From the sequence record MT682709.1: 64,000 nucleotides of DNA, one strand, 5' to 3'. The DNA comes from Escherichia phage vB_EcoM_SP1. Position 1 is the first letter of the stretch; each line of letters opens with the position of its first letter. This document shows positions 36,755-47,570 of this stretch, piece after piece. A program made the translations under genes and the position numbers. Below the pieces are notes generated by a model, which was not told where the DNA came from, ran no database searches, and saw only the letters and a program-made list of their open reading frames with translations.

Positions 36755-37957
36755 ATGAAAGTATGTATTTTTATGGCTCGAGGTCTTGAAGGTTGTGGTG
36801 TAACTAAATTTTCTCTTGAGCAACGTGATTGGTTTATTAAAAATGGTCATGAAGTAACTTTGGTTTATGCTAAAGATAAATCATTTACTCGTAATTGCGC
36901 ACATGATTATAAGTCATTTTCAATTCCGGTTTTATTGGCAAAAGAATACGATAAAACACTTAAGCTGGTAAATGATTGTGATATTCTAGTTATCAATTCA
37001 GTTCCTGCTACTTCAGTCGAAGAAGACACGATTAATAACTATAAAAAAATTATTGATAACATTAAACCTTCGGTTCGTGTTGTAGTTTATCAACATGACC
37101 ATTCTTCTCTTTCTTTGCGTCGAAATTTGGGATTAGAAGAAACTGTTCGTCGGGCTGATGTTATTTTTAGCCATTCTGATAATGGTGATTTTAATAAAGT
37201 TCTGATGAAAGAATGGTATCCAGAAACTGTTTCTCTGTTTGATGATATTGAAGAAGCGCCGACCGTATATAACTTTCAGCCTCCTATGGATATTGCGAAG
37301 GTTCGATCAACCTACTGGAAAGATGTTTCTGAAATTAACATGAATATCAACCGTTGGATTGGTCGTACGACTACATGGAAAGGTTTTTATCAGATGTTTG
37401 ATTTTCATGAAAAACATCTTAAACCTGCAGGACTAAGTACTATTATGGAAGGTCTGGAACGTTCTCCAGCGTTCATTCCTATTAAAGAAAAAGGAATTCC
37501 ATACGAGTATTATCGTCTTCATCAAGTAGACCAAATTAAAATTGCTCCTAATTTGCCAACGCAAATTCTTGACCGTTATGTAAATAGCGAAATGCTTGAA
37601 CGTATGAGTAAATCCGGATTTGGTTATCAGCTGAGTAAGTTGGACAAAAAATATCTACAACGTTCTTTAGAATATACTCATCTCGAGCTTGGTGCATGTG
37701 GAACAATTCCGGTATTTTGGAAATCTACGGGCGAAAATTTAAAATTCCGTATTGATAACACTCCATTAATTTCTCATGATAGCGGTATCATTTGGTTTGA
37801 TGAAAATGATATGGAATCAACATTTGAACGTATTAAAGAACTGTCATCTGACCGAGCTCTTTATGACCGTGAGCGAGAAAAAGCATATGAATTTTTGTAT
37901 CAGCATCAAGATTCAAGCTTCTGCTTTAAAGAACAGTTTGACATTATTACAAAATAA
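36755..37957 (+). CDS. agt: DNA alpha-glucosyltransferase
   Basis: 400 aa; MKVCIFMARGLEGCGVTKFSLEQRDWFIKNGHEVTLVYAKDKSF... highly similar to recalled T4 alpha-gt. Confidence 0.9.
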   Translation: MKVCIFMARGLEGCGVTKFSLEQRDWFIKNGHEVTLVYAKDKSFTRNCAHDYKSFSIPVLLAKEYDKTLKLVNDCDILVINSVPATSVEEDTINNYKKIIDNIKPSVRVVVYQHDHSSLSLRRNLGLEETVRRADVIFSHSDNGDFNKVLMKEWYPETVSLFDDIEEAPTVYNFQPPMDIAKVRSTYWKDVSEINMNINRWIGRTTTWKGFYQMFDFHEKHLKPAGLSTIMEGLERSPAFIPIKEKGIPYEYYRLHQVDQIKIAPNLPTQILDRYVNSEMLERMSKSGFGYQLSKLDKKYLQRSLEYTHLELGACGTIPVFWKSTGENLKFRIDNTPLISHDSGIIWFDENDMESTFERIKELSSDRALYDREREKAYEFLYQHQDSSFCFKEQFDIITK

Positions 37958-37958
37958 A

Positions 37959-37973
37959 GGGCTTCGGCCCTTT
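37959..37973 (+). terminator. terminator-like UUCG hairpin
   Basis: GGGC-TTCG-GCCC followed by TTT. Confidence 0.55.
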
Positions 37974-38133
37974 AGCTTTATACGGAGTTTGATATAATGA
38001 TATTTCTTGGATATGTGATACTTTTTCTCGCATTTTATCTATTCACTAGAGCATGTTGGATTGGGTTCTTTAGCACTCCAGATGGATTTATTTCAATAAT
38101 TTTATTTTGCATTTCAATGACGGTTCTTGATAT

Positions 38134-39153
38134 ATGAAAATTTTAAATTTAGGTGATTGGCATTTAGGCGTTAAAGCCGATGATGAGTGGGTTCAATCAA
38201 TCCAGCTGGATGGAATTAAGCAGGCGATAGAATATTCTAAGAAAAATGGAATTACTACATGGATTCAATACGGTGATATTTTTGATGTGCGAAAAGCAAT
38301 CACGCATAAAACTATGGAGTTCGCACGTGAAATAGTTCAAATGCTTGATGATGCTGGTATTACCCTACATACTGTTGTAGGAAACCATGATATGCACTTT
38401 AAAAATACTTTAACTCCAAATGCTTCTACTGAGCTTTTGGCTAAATATCCTAATGTTAAAGTATATGATAAGCCTACTACAGTAGATTTTGACGGATGTT
38501 TGATTGATTTAATTCCTTGGATGTGTGAAGAAAATACCGGTGAAATTCTTGAACATATTAAAACTTCATCTGCTTCCTTTTGTGTTGGTCACTGGGAACT
38601 GAATGGATTTTATTTTTATAAAGGAATGAAATCTCACGGTCTTGAACCTGATTTCCTTAAGACTTATAAAGAAGTGTGGTCTGGTCACTTCCATACTATC
38701 TCTGAGGCTGCTAACGTCAAATATATTGGGACACCATGGACACTAACTGCAGGTGACGAGAATGACCCTCGCGGGTTCTGGATGTTTGATACAGAAACAG
38801 AACGAATGGAATTTATTCCAAACAACACTACCTGGCATCGTCGAATTCAATATCCATTTAAGGGAAAAATTGACTATAAAGATTTTACAAATCTGTCAGT
38901 ACGTGTTATAGTAACTGAGGTAGACAAAAATCTAACGAAGTTCGAATCTGAACTAGAAAAAGTTGTGCATTCATTACGAGTTGTGTCAAAGATTGATAAC
39001 TCTGTTGAGTCAGATGATAGCGAAGAAGTTGAAGTTCAATCTCTTCAGACATTGATGGAAGAATACATTAATGCAATTCCAGACATCACTGATTCTGACC
39101 GTGAAGCACTTATTCAATATGCAAATCAGTTATATGTAGAGGCAACACAATGA
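38134..39153 (+). CDS. 47: recombination endonuclease subunit gp47 (Mre11-like)
   Basis: 339 aa; phosphoesterase motifs (GDWHLG, GDIFD, GNHD); position as T4 gene 47. Confidence 0.9.
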   Translation: MKILNLGDWHLGVKADDEWVQSIQLDGIKQAIEYSKKNGITTWIQYGDIFDVRKAITHKTMEFAREIVQMLDDAGITLHTVVGNHDMHFKNTLTPNASTELLAKYPNVKVYDKPTTVDFDGCLIDLIPWMCEENTGEILEHIKTSSASFCVGHWELNGFYFYKGMKSHGLEPDFLKTYKEVWSGHFHTISEAANVKYIGTPWTLTAGDENDPRGFWMFDTETERMEFIPNNTTWHRRIQYPFKGKIDYKDFTNLSVRVIVTEVDKNLTKFESELEKVVHSLRVVSKIDNSVESDDSEEVEVQSLQTLMEEYINAIPDITDSDREALIQYANQLYVEATQ

Positions 39154-39413
39154 CTTTTGATGAATTTAAAAATGTTATGATGAGTCAGCATTTTGAATGT
39201 GAAGTAAAAGATGATATTGGGCATAAAGAAATTATTGAATATTGGTTTGAACTGTTAGAGGTTGAAGATAATTGTATTAAAAAGGTCACGGTCTGCACTG
39301 ACTGGGCTGTATCTTTTAACTTCAACATTTTAGATAATGACACACCTAAATCATTACAAGATATGGCTGTATCTTGTATTAAGGATGCATACTGTGAAGT
39401 TTTCGACATTTGA
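39150..39413 (+). CDS. hypothetical protein (87 aa)
   Basis: ATG overlapping gene 47 stop. Confidence 0.55.
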   Translation: MTFDEFKNVMMSQHFECEVKDDIGHKEIIEYWFELLEVEDNCIKKVTVCTDWAVSFNFNILDNDTPKSLQDMAVSCIKDAYCEVFDI

Positions 39414-39600
39414 CATTAACGATGAATTCATAGCAAATATTGATTACACCGAAGAAGATTCTAGATATGTTGGAATAATTTATATCACATCAAAAGCAGC
39501 ACAAGGTGTTGTTTGCATGGCTGAATTTGATGAATACTTTTTAGATTATGATGATATGATAGAATGGTCTAAAAGATACATTAAAAGGAATCTTTTGTGA
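39385..39600 (+). CDS. hypothetical protein (about 71 aa); start uncertain
   Basis: In-frame ATG 39385 or GTG 39394 within track ORF 39337..39600. Confidence 0.4.
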   Translation: MHTVKFSTFDINDEFIANIDYTEEDSRYVGIIYITSKAAQGVVCMAEFDEYFLDYDDMIEWSKRYIKRNLL

Positions 39601-41279
39601 AGAATTTTAAACTAAACCGAGTTAGATATCAAAATATAATGTCAGTAGGTGGAAATCCTATTGACATTCAATTAGATAAGGTTCAAAAAACTCTTATTAC
39701 TGGACGAAATGGTGGTGGTAAGTCTACTATGTTAGAAGCCATCACATTTGGGCTTTTTGGCAAGCCATTTCGTGATGTAAAGAAAGGCCAATTAATAAAC
39801 AGCACAAATAAGAAAGAGCTTTTAGTTGAACTGTGGATGGAATATGATGAGAAAAAGTACTATATCAAAAGAGGACAAAAACCAAATGTTTTCGAAATCA
39901 CCGTTAACGGTACACGTCTTAATGAATCTGCCAGCAGTAAAGATTTCCAAGCAGAATTTGAACAGCTTATCGGAATGTCATACGCCAGTTTCAAACAGAT
40001 CGTCGTACTCGGCACGGCTGGATATACCCCTTTCATGGGCCTATCCACTCCTGCAAGAAGAAAACTCGTCGAAGACCTGCTCGAGGTAGGAACATTAGCT
40101 GAAATGGATAAGCTTAATAAAGCACTAATACGTGAATTAAATTCACAAAACCAAGTGCTTGATGTTAAAAAAGATAGTATTATCCAACAAATTAAAATAT
40201 ATAACGATAATGTTGAACGACAGAAAAAATTGTCTGGTGACAACCTTACTCGTCTACAGAATATGTATGACGATTTGGCAAAGGAAGCTAGAACGCTAAA
40301 ATCGGAAATAGAAGAAGCTAATGAAAGATTAGTTAATATTGTTTTAGATGAAGACCCGACTGATGCATTTAATAAAATCGGTCAAGAAGCAGTTTTGATT
40401 AAATCAAAAATTGACTCGTATAATAAAGTCATTAATATGTATCACGAAGGTGGATTATGTCCAACCTGTTTGTCACAATTAAGTTCCGGTGATAAAGTTG
40501 TTTCTAAAATTAAAGATAAAGTTTCTGAATGCACGCATTCGTTTGAACAGCTTTCAACACACCGTGATAATTTAAAAGTTCTTGTTGATGAATACCGAGA
40601 TAATATTAAAACCCAGCAGACGTTGGCAAATGATATTCGCAATAAAAAGCAATCTCTAATCACGACGGTAGATAAAGCTAAAAAAGTTAAAGCGGCTATA
40701 GAAAAAGCATCATCCGAGTTTATTGACCACGCTGATGAAATAGCACTGCTTCAAGAAGAACTTGATAAAATTGTTAAGACAAAAACTAATTTAGTAATGG
40801 AAAAATACCATAGAGGAATTTTGACTGATATGCTCAAAGATTCTGGTATTAAAGGTGCTATTATTAAAAAGTACATTCCATTATTTAATAAGCAGATTAA
40901 CCATTATCTTAAAATAATGGAAGCGGATTATGTGTTTACATTAGATGAAGAATTTAATGAGACAATTAAATCCCGTGGTCGTGAAGATTTTAGTTATGCT
41001 TCATTTAGCCAAGGTGAAAAAGCACGAATTGATATTGCTCTTTTATTTACTTGGCGTGATATTGCTGAAAAAGTTTCAGGTGTTAAAATAAACACACTAA
41101 TTCTTGATGAAGTTTTTGATTCAGCAACTGATGTTGAAGGCGTAAAAGCTATTTCAACTATTTTAGATAGTTTAAAAAATACTAATGTTTTTGTTATTTC
41201 ACATAGAGACCATGACCCACAAGCATATGGTCAGCATCTTCAAATGAAGAAAGTTGGTCGATTTACTGTAATGGTTTAA
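39597..41279 (+). CDS. 46: recombination endonuclease subunit gp46 (Rad50/SbcC-like ATPase)
   Basis: 560 aa; Walker A GRNGGGKST, coiled-coil region with CPTC zinc hook, signature SQGE, Walker B LILDE; GTG start. Confidence 0.9.
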   Translation: MKNFKLNRVRYQNIMSVGGNPIDIQLDKVQKTLITGRNGGGKSTMLEAITFGLFGKPFRDVKKGQLINSTNKKELLVELWMEYDEKKYYIKRGQKPNVFEITVNGTRLNESASSKDFQAEFEQLIGMSYASFKQIVVLGTAGYTPFMGLSTPARRKLVEDLLEVGTLAEMDKLNKALIRELNSQNQVLDVKKDSIIQQIKIYNDNVERQKKLSGDNLTRLQNMYDDLAKEARTLKSEIEEANERLVNIVLDEDPTDAFNKIGQEAVLIKSKIDSYNKVINMYHEGGLCPTCLSQLSSGDKVVSKIKDKVSECTHSFEQLSTHRDNLKVLVDEYRDNIKTQQTLANDIRNKKQSLITTVDKAKKVKAAIEKASSEFIDHADEIALLQEELDKIVKTKTNLVMEKYHRGILTDMLKDSGIKGAIIKKYIPLFNKQINHYLKIMEADYVFTLDEEFNETIKSRGREDFSYASFSQGEKARIDIALLFTWRDIAEKVSGVKINTLILDEVFDSATDVEGVKAISTILDSLKNTNVFVISHRDHDPQAYGQHLQMKKVGRFTVMV

Positions 41280-41334
41280 TTTATAAGAGATTATGCTTTA
41301 ATTTATTAGAGTATAATCTCTATGGAGGAAAAAC

Positions 41335-41523
41335 ATGGAATATTCAACTGGACAGCATCTATTAACTATTCCTGAAATAAAACGATATATTCTGAGAAAT
41401 AATTTTTCTAATGAAGAGCATATAGTTACTGAATCTATGCTTAAGAATGCATTTAAAGCAGAATATACGAAAATAATGTCCAACAGAAATGAAGCTTGGA
41501 CTGTTACTGATTATTATGACTAA
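41335..41523 (+). CDS. hypothetical protein (62 aa)
   Basis: ATG with GGAGGAAAAAC RBS. Confidence 0.5.
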   Translation: MEYSTGQHLLTIPEIKRYILRNNFSNEEHIVTESMLKNAFKAEYTKIMSNRNEAWTVTDYYD

Positions 41524-41532
41524 AGGTGTATT

Positions 41533-41922
41533 ATGACTAAAATTACTGTGAATTATACTGTTGATGTAAAAGATATTCAGCCAAAACACGTGCGTTCTGA
41601 ATCAAATCCGCAAAACCAAAATAAAATTCGTCGAGCATGGGTTTTGTCTCTTTCTAATAACGCAATGGAAGTTATTCAGAACAAAATTAAATCTGCACCT
41701 GCTCGTCATGCGTATTATGAAGCTATCGATCGTGAAGTGAGTGATAAATGGATTGAACTAATGCGCAAACATACGACAGAATCTCTAAATGCTGGTGCTA
41801 AATTTATTATGACTTCATGTGGTGAACGCCTTGAAGATGATTATTGCGGTAATGCAGATGAACGTCTAATTGTTGCTGCTCAAATTGTTGCGGAAACAAT
41901 TGCTGCTGATTTTAATCGTTAA
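41533..41922 (+). CDS. rpbA: RNA polymerase-binding protein RpbA
   Basis: 129 aa ORF between genes 46 and 45 as in T4. Confidence 0.65.
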   Translation: MTKITVNYTVDVKDIQPKHVRSESNPQNQNKIRRAWVLSLSNNAMEVIQNKIKSAPARHAYYEAIDREVSDKWIELMRKHTTESLNAGAKFIMTSCGERLEDDYCGNADERLIVAAQIVAETIAADFNR

Positions 41923-41977
41923 TTGCTTTATTAAATTAGTTATAAAATTAAATCTCATTTGAATTGAAGGAAATTAC

Positions 41978-42664
41978 ATGAAACTGTCTAAAGATACTAC
42001 TGCTCTGCTTAAAAATTTCGCTACTATTAACTCTGGTATTATGCTTAAATCCGGTCAATTTATTATGACTCGCGCGGTTAATGGTACAACTTATGCGGAA
42101 GCAAATATTTCTGACACTATTGATTTTGATGTAGCAATTTACGATTTGAACGGTTTTCTCGGTATTCTGTCTCTCGTTAATGATGATGCAGAAATTTCCC
42201 AGTCAGAAGATGGTAATATTAAAATTGCTGATGCCCGTTCAACAATTTTTTGGCCAGCAGCCGATCCGAGTACAGTAGTTGCTCCTAATAAACCAATTCC
42301 ATTCCCAGTAGCATCTGTTGTTACTGAAATTAAAGCTGAAGACCTTCAACAGCTGTTGCGTGTATCTCGCGGTCTGCAGATTGATACAATTGCTATCACA
42401 GTAAAAGAAGGTAAAATCGTAATTAACGGTTTTAATAAAGTAGAAGATTCTGCTTTGACCCGTGTTAAATATTCTTTGACTCTTGGTGATTATGATGGTG
42501 AAAATACATTTAATTTCATTATCAATATGGCAAATATGAAAATGCAACCAGGAAATTATAAACTTCTGCTCTGGGCAAAAGGTAAACAAGGTGCTGCTAA
42601 ATTTGAAGGTGAACATGCGAATTATGTAGTAGCTCTTGAAGCTGATTCTACTCACGATTTTTAA
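41978..42664 (+). CDS. 45: sliding clamp gp45
   Basis: 228 aa; MKLSKDTTALLKNFATINSGIMLKSGQFIMTRAVNGTTYAEANISD... matches recalled T4 gp45. Confidence 0.9.
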   Translation: MKLSKDTTALLKNFATINSGIMLKSGQFIMTRAVNGTTYAEANISDTIDFDVAIYDLNGFLGILSLVNDDAEISQSEDGNIKIADARSTIFWPAADPSTVVAPNKPIPFPVASVVTEIKAEDLQQLLRVSRGLQIDTIAITVKEGKIVINGFNKVEDSALTRVKYSLTLGDYDGENTFNFIINMANMKMQPGNYKLLLWAKGKQGAAKFEGEHANYVVALEADSTHDF

Positions 42665-42668
42665 TAAA

Positions 42669-42683
42669 GGGCTTCGGCCCTTT
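42669..42683 (+). terminator. terminator-like UUCG hairpin
   Basis: GGGC-TTCG-GCCC followed by TTT. Confidence 0.55.
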
Positions 42684-42715
42684 ATAATTTACACTAAAAC
42701 TTGAATGAGGAAATT

Positions 42716-43675
42716 ATGATTACTGTAAATGAAAAAGAACACATTCTTGAACAGAAATATCGTCCATCTACTATCGATGAATGTATTCTTCCCGCCTTTG
42801 ATAAAGAAACCTTTAAATCTATTACAAGTAAAGGTAAGATTCCACATATTATTCTTCATTCTCCTTCTCCAGGAACAGGTAAAACAACCGTAGCAAAAGC
42901 ATTGTGTCATGACGTAAATGCTGATATGATGTTTGTGAATGGGTCAGATTGTAAAATTGATTTCGTTCGCGGTCCTTTGACCAATTTTGCTAGTGCAGCT
43001 TCATTTGATGGTCGTCAAAAAGTAATCGTCATTGATGAATTTGACCGTTCAGGGTTAGCAGAGTCTCAGCGACATCTTCGTTCCTTTATGGAAGCTTATA
43101 GTTCAAACTGTAGTATTATTATTACTGCTAACAATATTGATGGTATTATTAAACCGCTTCAGTCACGCTGCCGAGTTATTACGTTCGGTCAACCAACCGA
43201 TGAAGATAAAATTGAAATGATGAAGCAGATGATTCGTCGATTGACTGAAATCTGCAAGCGTGAAGGAATTGCTATAGCTGATATGAAAGTTGTAGCAGCT
43301 TTGGTTAAAAAGAATTTTCCTGATTTTCGTAAAACTATTGGCGAGCTCGATAGTTATTCATCTAAAGGTGTTTTGGATGCTGGTATTTTATCACTGGTTA
43401 CTAACGATCGTGGTGCTATTGATGATGTTCTTGAATCTCTCAAAAATAAAGATGTTAAACAGCTCAGAGCTTTAGCACCAAAATATGCAGCTGATTATTC
43501 GTGGTTCGTAGGTAAACTTGCCGAAGAAATTTATTCACGTGTAACTCCGCAAAGTATTATTCGTATGTATGAAATTGTTGGTGAAAATAATCAGTATCAT
43601 GGAATTGCGGCTAATACTGAGTTACATTTAGCATATCTTTTCATTCAATTGGCATGCGAAATGCAGTGGAAGTGA
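42716..43675 (+). CDS. 44: clamp loader large subunit gp44
   Basis: 319 aa from ATG 42716 ([17 protein letters not shown]...); Walker [11 protein letters not shown]. Confidence 0.9.
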   Translation: MITVNEKEHILEQKYRPSTIDECILPAFDKETFKSITSKGKIPHIILHSPSPGTGKTTVAKALCHDVNADMMFVNGSDCKIDFVRGPLTNFASAASFDGRQKVIVIDEFDRSGLAESQRHLRSFMEAYSSNCSIIITANNIDGIIKPLQSRCRVITFGQPTDEDKIEMMKQMIRRLTEICKREGIAIADMKVVAALVKKNFPDFRKTIGELDSYSSKGVLDAGILSLVTNDRGAIDDVLESLKNKDVKQLRALAPKYAADYSWFVGKLAEEIYSRVTPQSIIRMYEIVGENNQYHGIAANTELHLAYLFIQLACEMQWK

Positions 43676-43676
43676 T

Positions 43677-44240
43677 ATGAGCTTATTTGAAGATGATATT
43701 CAATTAAACGAGCATCAAGTTGCTTGGTATTCAAAAGATTGGACAGCTGTCCAATCTGCTGCTGATTCTTTTAAAGAAAAAGCTGAAAATGAATTTTTTG
43801 AAATAATTGGGGCTATCAATAATAAAACTAAATGCTCTATTGCTCAAAAAGATTATTCAAAATACATGGTTGAGAATGCATTATCACAATTTCCGGAGTG
43901 CATGCCAGCTGTATATGCTATGAATTTAATTGGATCAGGTTTAAGCGATGAAGCCCATTTTAATTATCTGATGGCTGCTGTTCCTCGTGGTAAAAGATAT
44001 GGTAAATGGGCAAAACTGGTCGAAGATTCTACTGAAGTATTGATTATTAAGTTACTTGCTAAGCGGTATCAAGTTAATACAAATGATGCAATTAACTATA
44101 AATCAATTCTTACTAAAAATGGAAAACTTCCTTTAGTATTAAAGGAACTAAAAGGTTTAGTCACGGATGATTTTTTGAAAGAAGTGACTAAGAACGTAAA
44201 AGAACAGAAACAACTCAAAAAACTAGCATTGGAATGGTAA
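43677..44240 (+). CDS. 62: clamp loader small subunit gp62
   Basis: 187 aa immediately downstream of gene 44. Confidence 0.85.
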   Translation: MSLFEDDIQLNEHQVAWYSKDWTAVQSAADSFKEKAENEFFEIIGAINNKTKCSIAQKDYSKYMVENALSQFPECMPAVYAMNLIGSGLSDEAHFNYLMAAVPRGKRYGKWAKLVEDSTEVLIIKLLAKRYQVNTNDAINYKSILTKNGKLPLVLKELKGLVTDDFLKEVTKNVKEQKQLKKLALEW

Positions 44241-44241
44241 A

Positions 44242-44610
44242 ATGATTGAAATTACTCTTAAAAAACCTGAAGATTTTCTGAAAGTTAAAGAAACTCTGAC
44301 TCGTATGGGAATTGCTAATAATAAAGATAAAGTTCTGTATCAATCCTGTCATATTCTCCAGAAAAAAGGACTATACTATATCGTTCATTTTAAAGAAATG
44401 CTTCGTATGGATGGTCGCCAGGTTGAAATGACAGAAGAAGATGAAGTTCGTCGTGATTCGATTGCATGGCTGTTAGAAGATTGGGGACTGATTGAAATCG
44501 TTCCTGGTCAAAGAACTTTTATGAAAGATTTAACTAATAACTTCCGAGTTATTTCTTTTAAGCAAAAACATGAATGGAAACTCGTTCCTAAATATACGAT
44601 TGGTAATTAA
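44242..44610 (+). CDS. regA: translational repressor RegA
   Basis: 122 aa; MIEITLKKPEDFLKVKETLTRMGIANNKDKVLYQSCHILQKKGLYYIVHFKEM... Confidence 0.9.
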   Translation: MIEITLKKPEDFLKVKETLTRMGIANNKDKVLYQSCHILQKKGLYYIVHFKEMLRMDGRQVEMTEEDEVRRDSIAWLLEDWGLIEIVPGQRTFMKDLTNNFRVISFKQKHEWKLVPKYTIGN

Positions 44611-44614
44611 GCAA

Positions 44615-44636
44615 GGGGGCTTCGGCCCCTTATTTG
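44615..44636 (+). terminator. terminator-like UUCG hairpin
   Basis: GGGGC-TTCG-GCCCC followed by a T-rich tract. Confidence 0.55.
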
Positions 44637-44652
44637 GAGTATAATATATCAA

Positions 44653-44671
44653 GAGCCTAATAACTCGGGCT
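44653..44671 (+). promoter_or_regulatory. gene 43 translational operator hairpin
   Basis: GAGCCTAATAACTCGGGCT just upstream of the gene 43 SD and ATG; matches the recalled T4 gp43 autoregulatory operator. Confidence 0.7.
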
Positions 44672-44689
44672 ATAAACTAAGGAATATCT

Positions 44690-47386
44690 ATGAAAGAATT
44701 TTATATCTCTATCGAAACAGTCGGAAATAATATTGTTGAACGTTATATTGATGAAAATGGAAAGGAACGTACTCGTGAAGTAGAATATCTTCCGACTATG
44801 TTTAGACATTGTAAGGAAGAATCAAAATACAAAGACATTTACGGTAAAAACTGCGCTCCTCAAAAATTTCCATCAATGAAAGATGCCCGAGATTGGATGA
44901 AACGAATGGAAGACATCGGTCTCGAAGCTCTCGGTATGAACGATTTTAAACTCGCTTATATCAGTGATACATATGGTTCAGAAATTGTTTATGACCGAAA
45001 ATTTGTTCGTGTAGCTAACTGTGACATTGAGGTTACTGGCGATAAATTTCCTGACCCAATGAAAGCAGAATATGAAATTGATGCTATCACTCATTATGAT
45101 TCAATTGACGACCGTTTTTACGTCTTTGATTTGTTGAATTCAATGTACGGTTCAGTATCAAAATGGGATGCAAAGTTAGCTGCTAAGCTTGACTGTGAAG
45201 GTGGTGATGAAGTTCCTCAAGAAATTCTTGACCGAGTAATTTATATGCCATTTGATAATGAGCGTGATATGCTCATGGAATATATTAATCTCTGGGAACA
45301 GAAACGACCTGCTATTTTTACCGGTTGGAATATTGAGGGATTTGACGTTCCGTATATCATGAATCGTGTTAAAATGGTTCTCGGTGAACGTAGTATGAAA
45401 CGCTTCTCTCCAATCGGTCGAGTAAAATCTAAACTAATTCAAAATATGTACGGTAGCAAAGAAATTTATTCTATTGATGGCGTATCTATTCTTGATTATT
45501 TAGATTTGTACAAGAAATTCGCATTTACTAATTTGCCATCATTCTCTTTGGAATCAGTTGCTCAACATGAAACCAAAAAAGGTAAATTACCATATGATGG
45601 TCCTATTAATAAACTTCGTGAGACTAATCATCAACGATACATTAGTTATAATATTATTGACGTAGAATCAGTTCAAGCAATTGATAAAATTCGTGGGTTT
45701 ATCGATCTAGTTTTAAGTATGTCTTATTATGCTAAAATGCCTTTTTCTGGTGTAATGAGTCCTATTAAAACTTGGGATGCTATTATTTTTAACTCATTGA
45801 AAGGTGAACATAAGGTTATTCCTCAACAAGGTTCGCACGTTAAACAAAGTTTTCCAGGTGCATTTGTGTTTGAACCTAAAGCGATTGCCCGTCGATACAT
45901 TATGAGTTTTGACTTGACGTCTCTGTATCCAAGTATTATTCGTCAGGTTAACATTAGTCCTGAGACTATTCGCGGACAGTTCAAAGTTCATCCAATTCAT
46001 GAATATATCGCAGGAACAGCTCCTAAGCCAAGTGATGAGTATTCATGTTCTCCGAATGGATGGATGTATGATAAGCATCAAGAAGGTATCATTCCAAAGG
46101 AAATCGCTAAAGTATTTTTCCAGCGTAAAGATTGGAAAAAGAAAATGTTCGCTGAAGAAATGAATGCCGAAGCTATTAAAAAGATTATTATGAAAGGTGC
46201 AGGGTCTTGTTCAACTAAACCAGAAGTTGAACGATATGTTAAGTTCAATGATGATTTCTTAAATGAATTATCGAATTACACCGAATCTGTTCTTAATAGT
46301 CTGATCGAAGAATGTGAAAAAGCAGCTACACTTGCTAACACAAATCAGCTGAACCGTAAAATTCTTATTAACAGTCTTTATGGTGCTCTTGGCAATATTC
46401 ATTTCCGCTATTATGATTTGCGAAATGCTACTGCTATCACAATTTTTGGTCAAGTTGGTATTCAGTGGATTGCTCGTAAAATTAATGAATATCTGAATAA
46501 AGTATGTGGAACTGATGGTGAAGATTTCATCGCAGCAGGTGATACTGATTCGGTATATGTTTGTGTAGATAAAGTAATTGAAAAAGTAGGTCTTGACCGC
46601 TTTAAAGAACAAAATGATTTAGTTGAATTCATGAATCAGTTCGGTAAGAAAAAGATGGAACCTATGATTGATGTTGCATATCGTGAGTTATGTGATTATA
46701 TGAATAACCGCGAGCATCTGATGCATATGGACCGTGAAGCTATTTCTTGTCCTCCGCTTGGTTCAAAGGGTGTTGGTGGATTTTGGAAAGCGAAAAAACG
46801 TTATGCTCTAAACGTTTATGATATGGAAGATAAGCGATTTGCTGAACCACATCTAAAAATCATGGGTATGGAAACTCAGCAGAGTTCAACACCAAAAGCA
46901 GTACAAGAAGCTCTCGAAGAAAGTATTCGTCGCATTCTTCAGGAAGGCGAAGAGTCTGTCCAAGAATACTATAAGAACTTTGAGAAAGAATATCGTCAAC
47001 TTGACTATAAAGTTATTGCTGAAGTAAAAACCGCAAACGATATAGCGAAATATGACGATAAAGGTTGGCCAGGATTTAAATGCCCGTTCCACATTCGTGG
47101 GGTGCTAACTTATCGTCGAGCTGTTAGCGGTTTAGGTGTAGCTCCAATTTTGGATGGAAATAAAGTAATGGTTCTTCCATTACGTGAGGGAAATCCATTT
47201 GGTGACAAGTGTATTGCTTGGCCATCGGGTACGGAACTTCCAAAAGAAATTCGTTCTGATGTACTGTCTTGGATTGACTACTCAACTTTGTTCCAAAAAT
47301 CGTTTGTTAAACCGCTTGCGGGTATGTGTGAATCGGCGGGTATGGACTATGAAGAAAAAGCTTCGTTAGACTTCCTGTTTGGCTGA
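44690..47386 (+). CDS. 43: DNA polymerase gp43
   Basis: 898 aa; family B polymerase motifs (exo FDIE, pol DTDS); N-terminus MKEFYISIETVGNNIVERYIDENGKERTREVEYLPTMF... Confidence 0.95.
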   Translation: MKEFYISIETVGNNIVERYIDENGKERTREVEYLPTMFRHCKEESKYKDIYGKNCAPQKFPSMKDARDWMKRMEDIGLEALGMNDFKLAYISDTYGSEIVYDRKFVRVANCDIEVTGDKFPDPMKAEYEIDAITHYDSIDDRFYVFDLLNSMYGSVSKWDAKLAAKLDCEGGDEVPQEILDRVIYMPFDNERDMLMEYINLWEQKRPAIFTGWNIEGFDVPYIMNRVKMVLGERSMKRFSPIGRVKSKLIQNMYGSKEIYSIDGVSILDYLDLYKKFAFTNLPSFSLESVAQHETKKGKLPYDGPINKLRETNHQRYISYNIIDVESVQAIDKIRGFIDLVLSMSYYAKMPFSGVMSPIKTWDAIIFNSLKGEHKVIPQQGSHVKQSFPGAFVFEPKAIARRYIMSFDLTSLYPSIIRQVNISPETIRGQFKVHPIHEYIAGTAPKPSDEYSCSPNGWMYDKHQEGIIPKEIAKVFFQRKDWKKKMFAEEMNAEAIKKIIMKGAGSCSTKPEVERYVKFNDDFLNELSNYTESVLNSLIEECEKAATLANTNQLNRKILINSLYGALGNIHFRYYDLRNATAITIFGQVGIQWIARKINEYLNKVCGTDGEDFIAAGDTDSVYVCVDKVIEKVGLDRFKEQNDLVEFMNQFGKKKMEPMIDVAYRELCDYMNNREHLMHMDREAISCPPLGSKGVGGFWKAKKRYALNVYDMEDKRFAEPHLKIMGMETQQSSTPKAVQEALEESIRRILQEGEESVQEYYKNFEKEYRQLDYKVIAEVKTANDIAKYDDKGWPGFKCPFHIRGVLTYRRAVSGLGVAPILDGNKVMVLPLREGNPFGDKCIAWPSGTELPKEIRSDVLSWIDYSTLFQKSFVKPLAGMCESAGMDYEEKASLDFLFG

Positions 47387-47399
47387 TAGAATAAATCTA

Positions 47400-47420
47400 G
47401 GGACCTCCGGGTCCCTTTTT
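47400..47420 (+). terminator. rho-independent terminator
   Basis: GGGACC-TCCG-GGTCCC followed by TTTTT. Confidence 0.7.
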
Positions 47421-47484
47421 CATACAAGTAATATAAATCTATACTTAGGAAAAATAGATGATTCTGGACCTCTGGAATTCATTA

Positions 47485-47570
47485 AAAGTTTTTTCACAAA
47501 ACTGTTTACATCTCTGTTCTTCCGTGGTACTATACAACTATCAACTGATGCGGATTTGGAGAATGAAATG
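47485..47570 (+). repeat. early promoter-leader cassette, copy B
   Basis: AAAGTTTTTTCACAAAACTGTTTACATCTCTGTTCTTCCGTGGTACTATACAACTATCAACTGATGCGGATTTGGAGAATGAAATG; near-identical to copy A; GTTTAC 47504-47509. Confidence 0.6.

Noticed and set aside
37997-38137. 46-aa hydrophobic ORF between alpha-gt and gene 47
   Set aside because: No recognisable RBS ahead of ATG 37997 and very low complexity; could be a real membrane peptide but the evidence is too thin to annotate.
39860-40243. Reverse-strand ORF (127 aa) inside gene 46
   Set aside because: Antisense to a conserved Rad50-like gene; Ser/Leu-rich low-complexity translation typical of antisense frames.
42239-42655. Reverse-strand ORF (138 aa) inside gene 45
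   Set aside because: Antisense to the sliding clamp gene; no start context.
46268-46612. Reverse-strand ORF (114 aa) inside gene 43
   Set aside because: Antisense to the DNA polymerase gene; AT-rich low-complexity frame.
47379-47567. N-terminal extension of track ORF 47379..47948
   Set aside because: The extension runs through a terminator and an early promoter cassette; the real start is ATG 47568, which has an RBS and gives a lipoprotein signal peptide.
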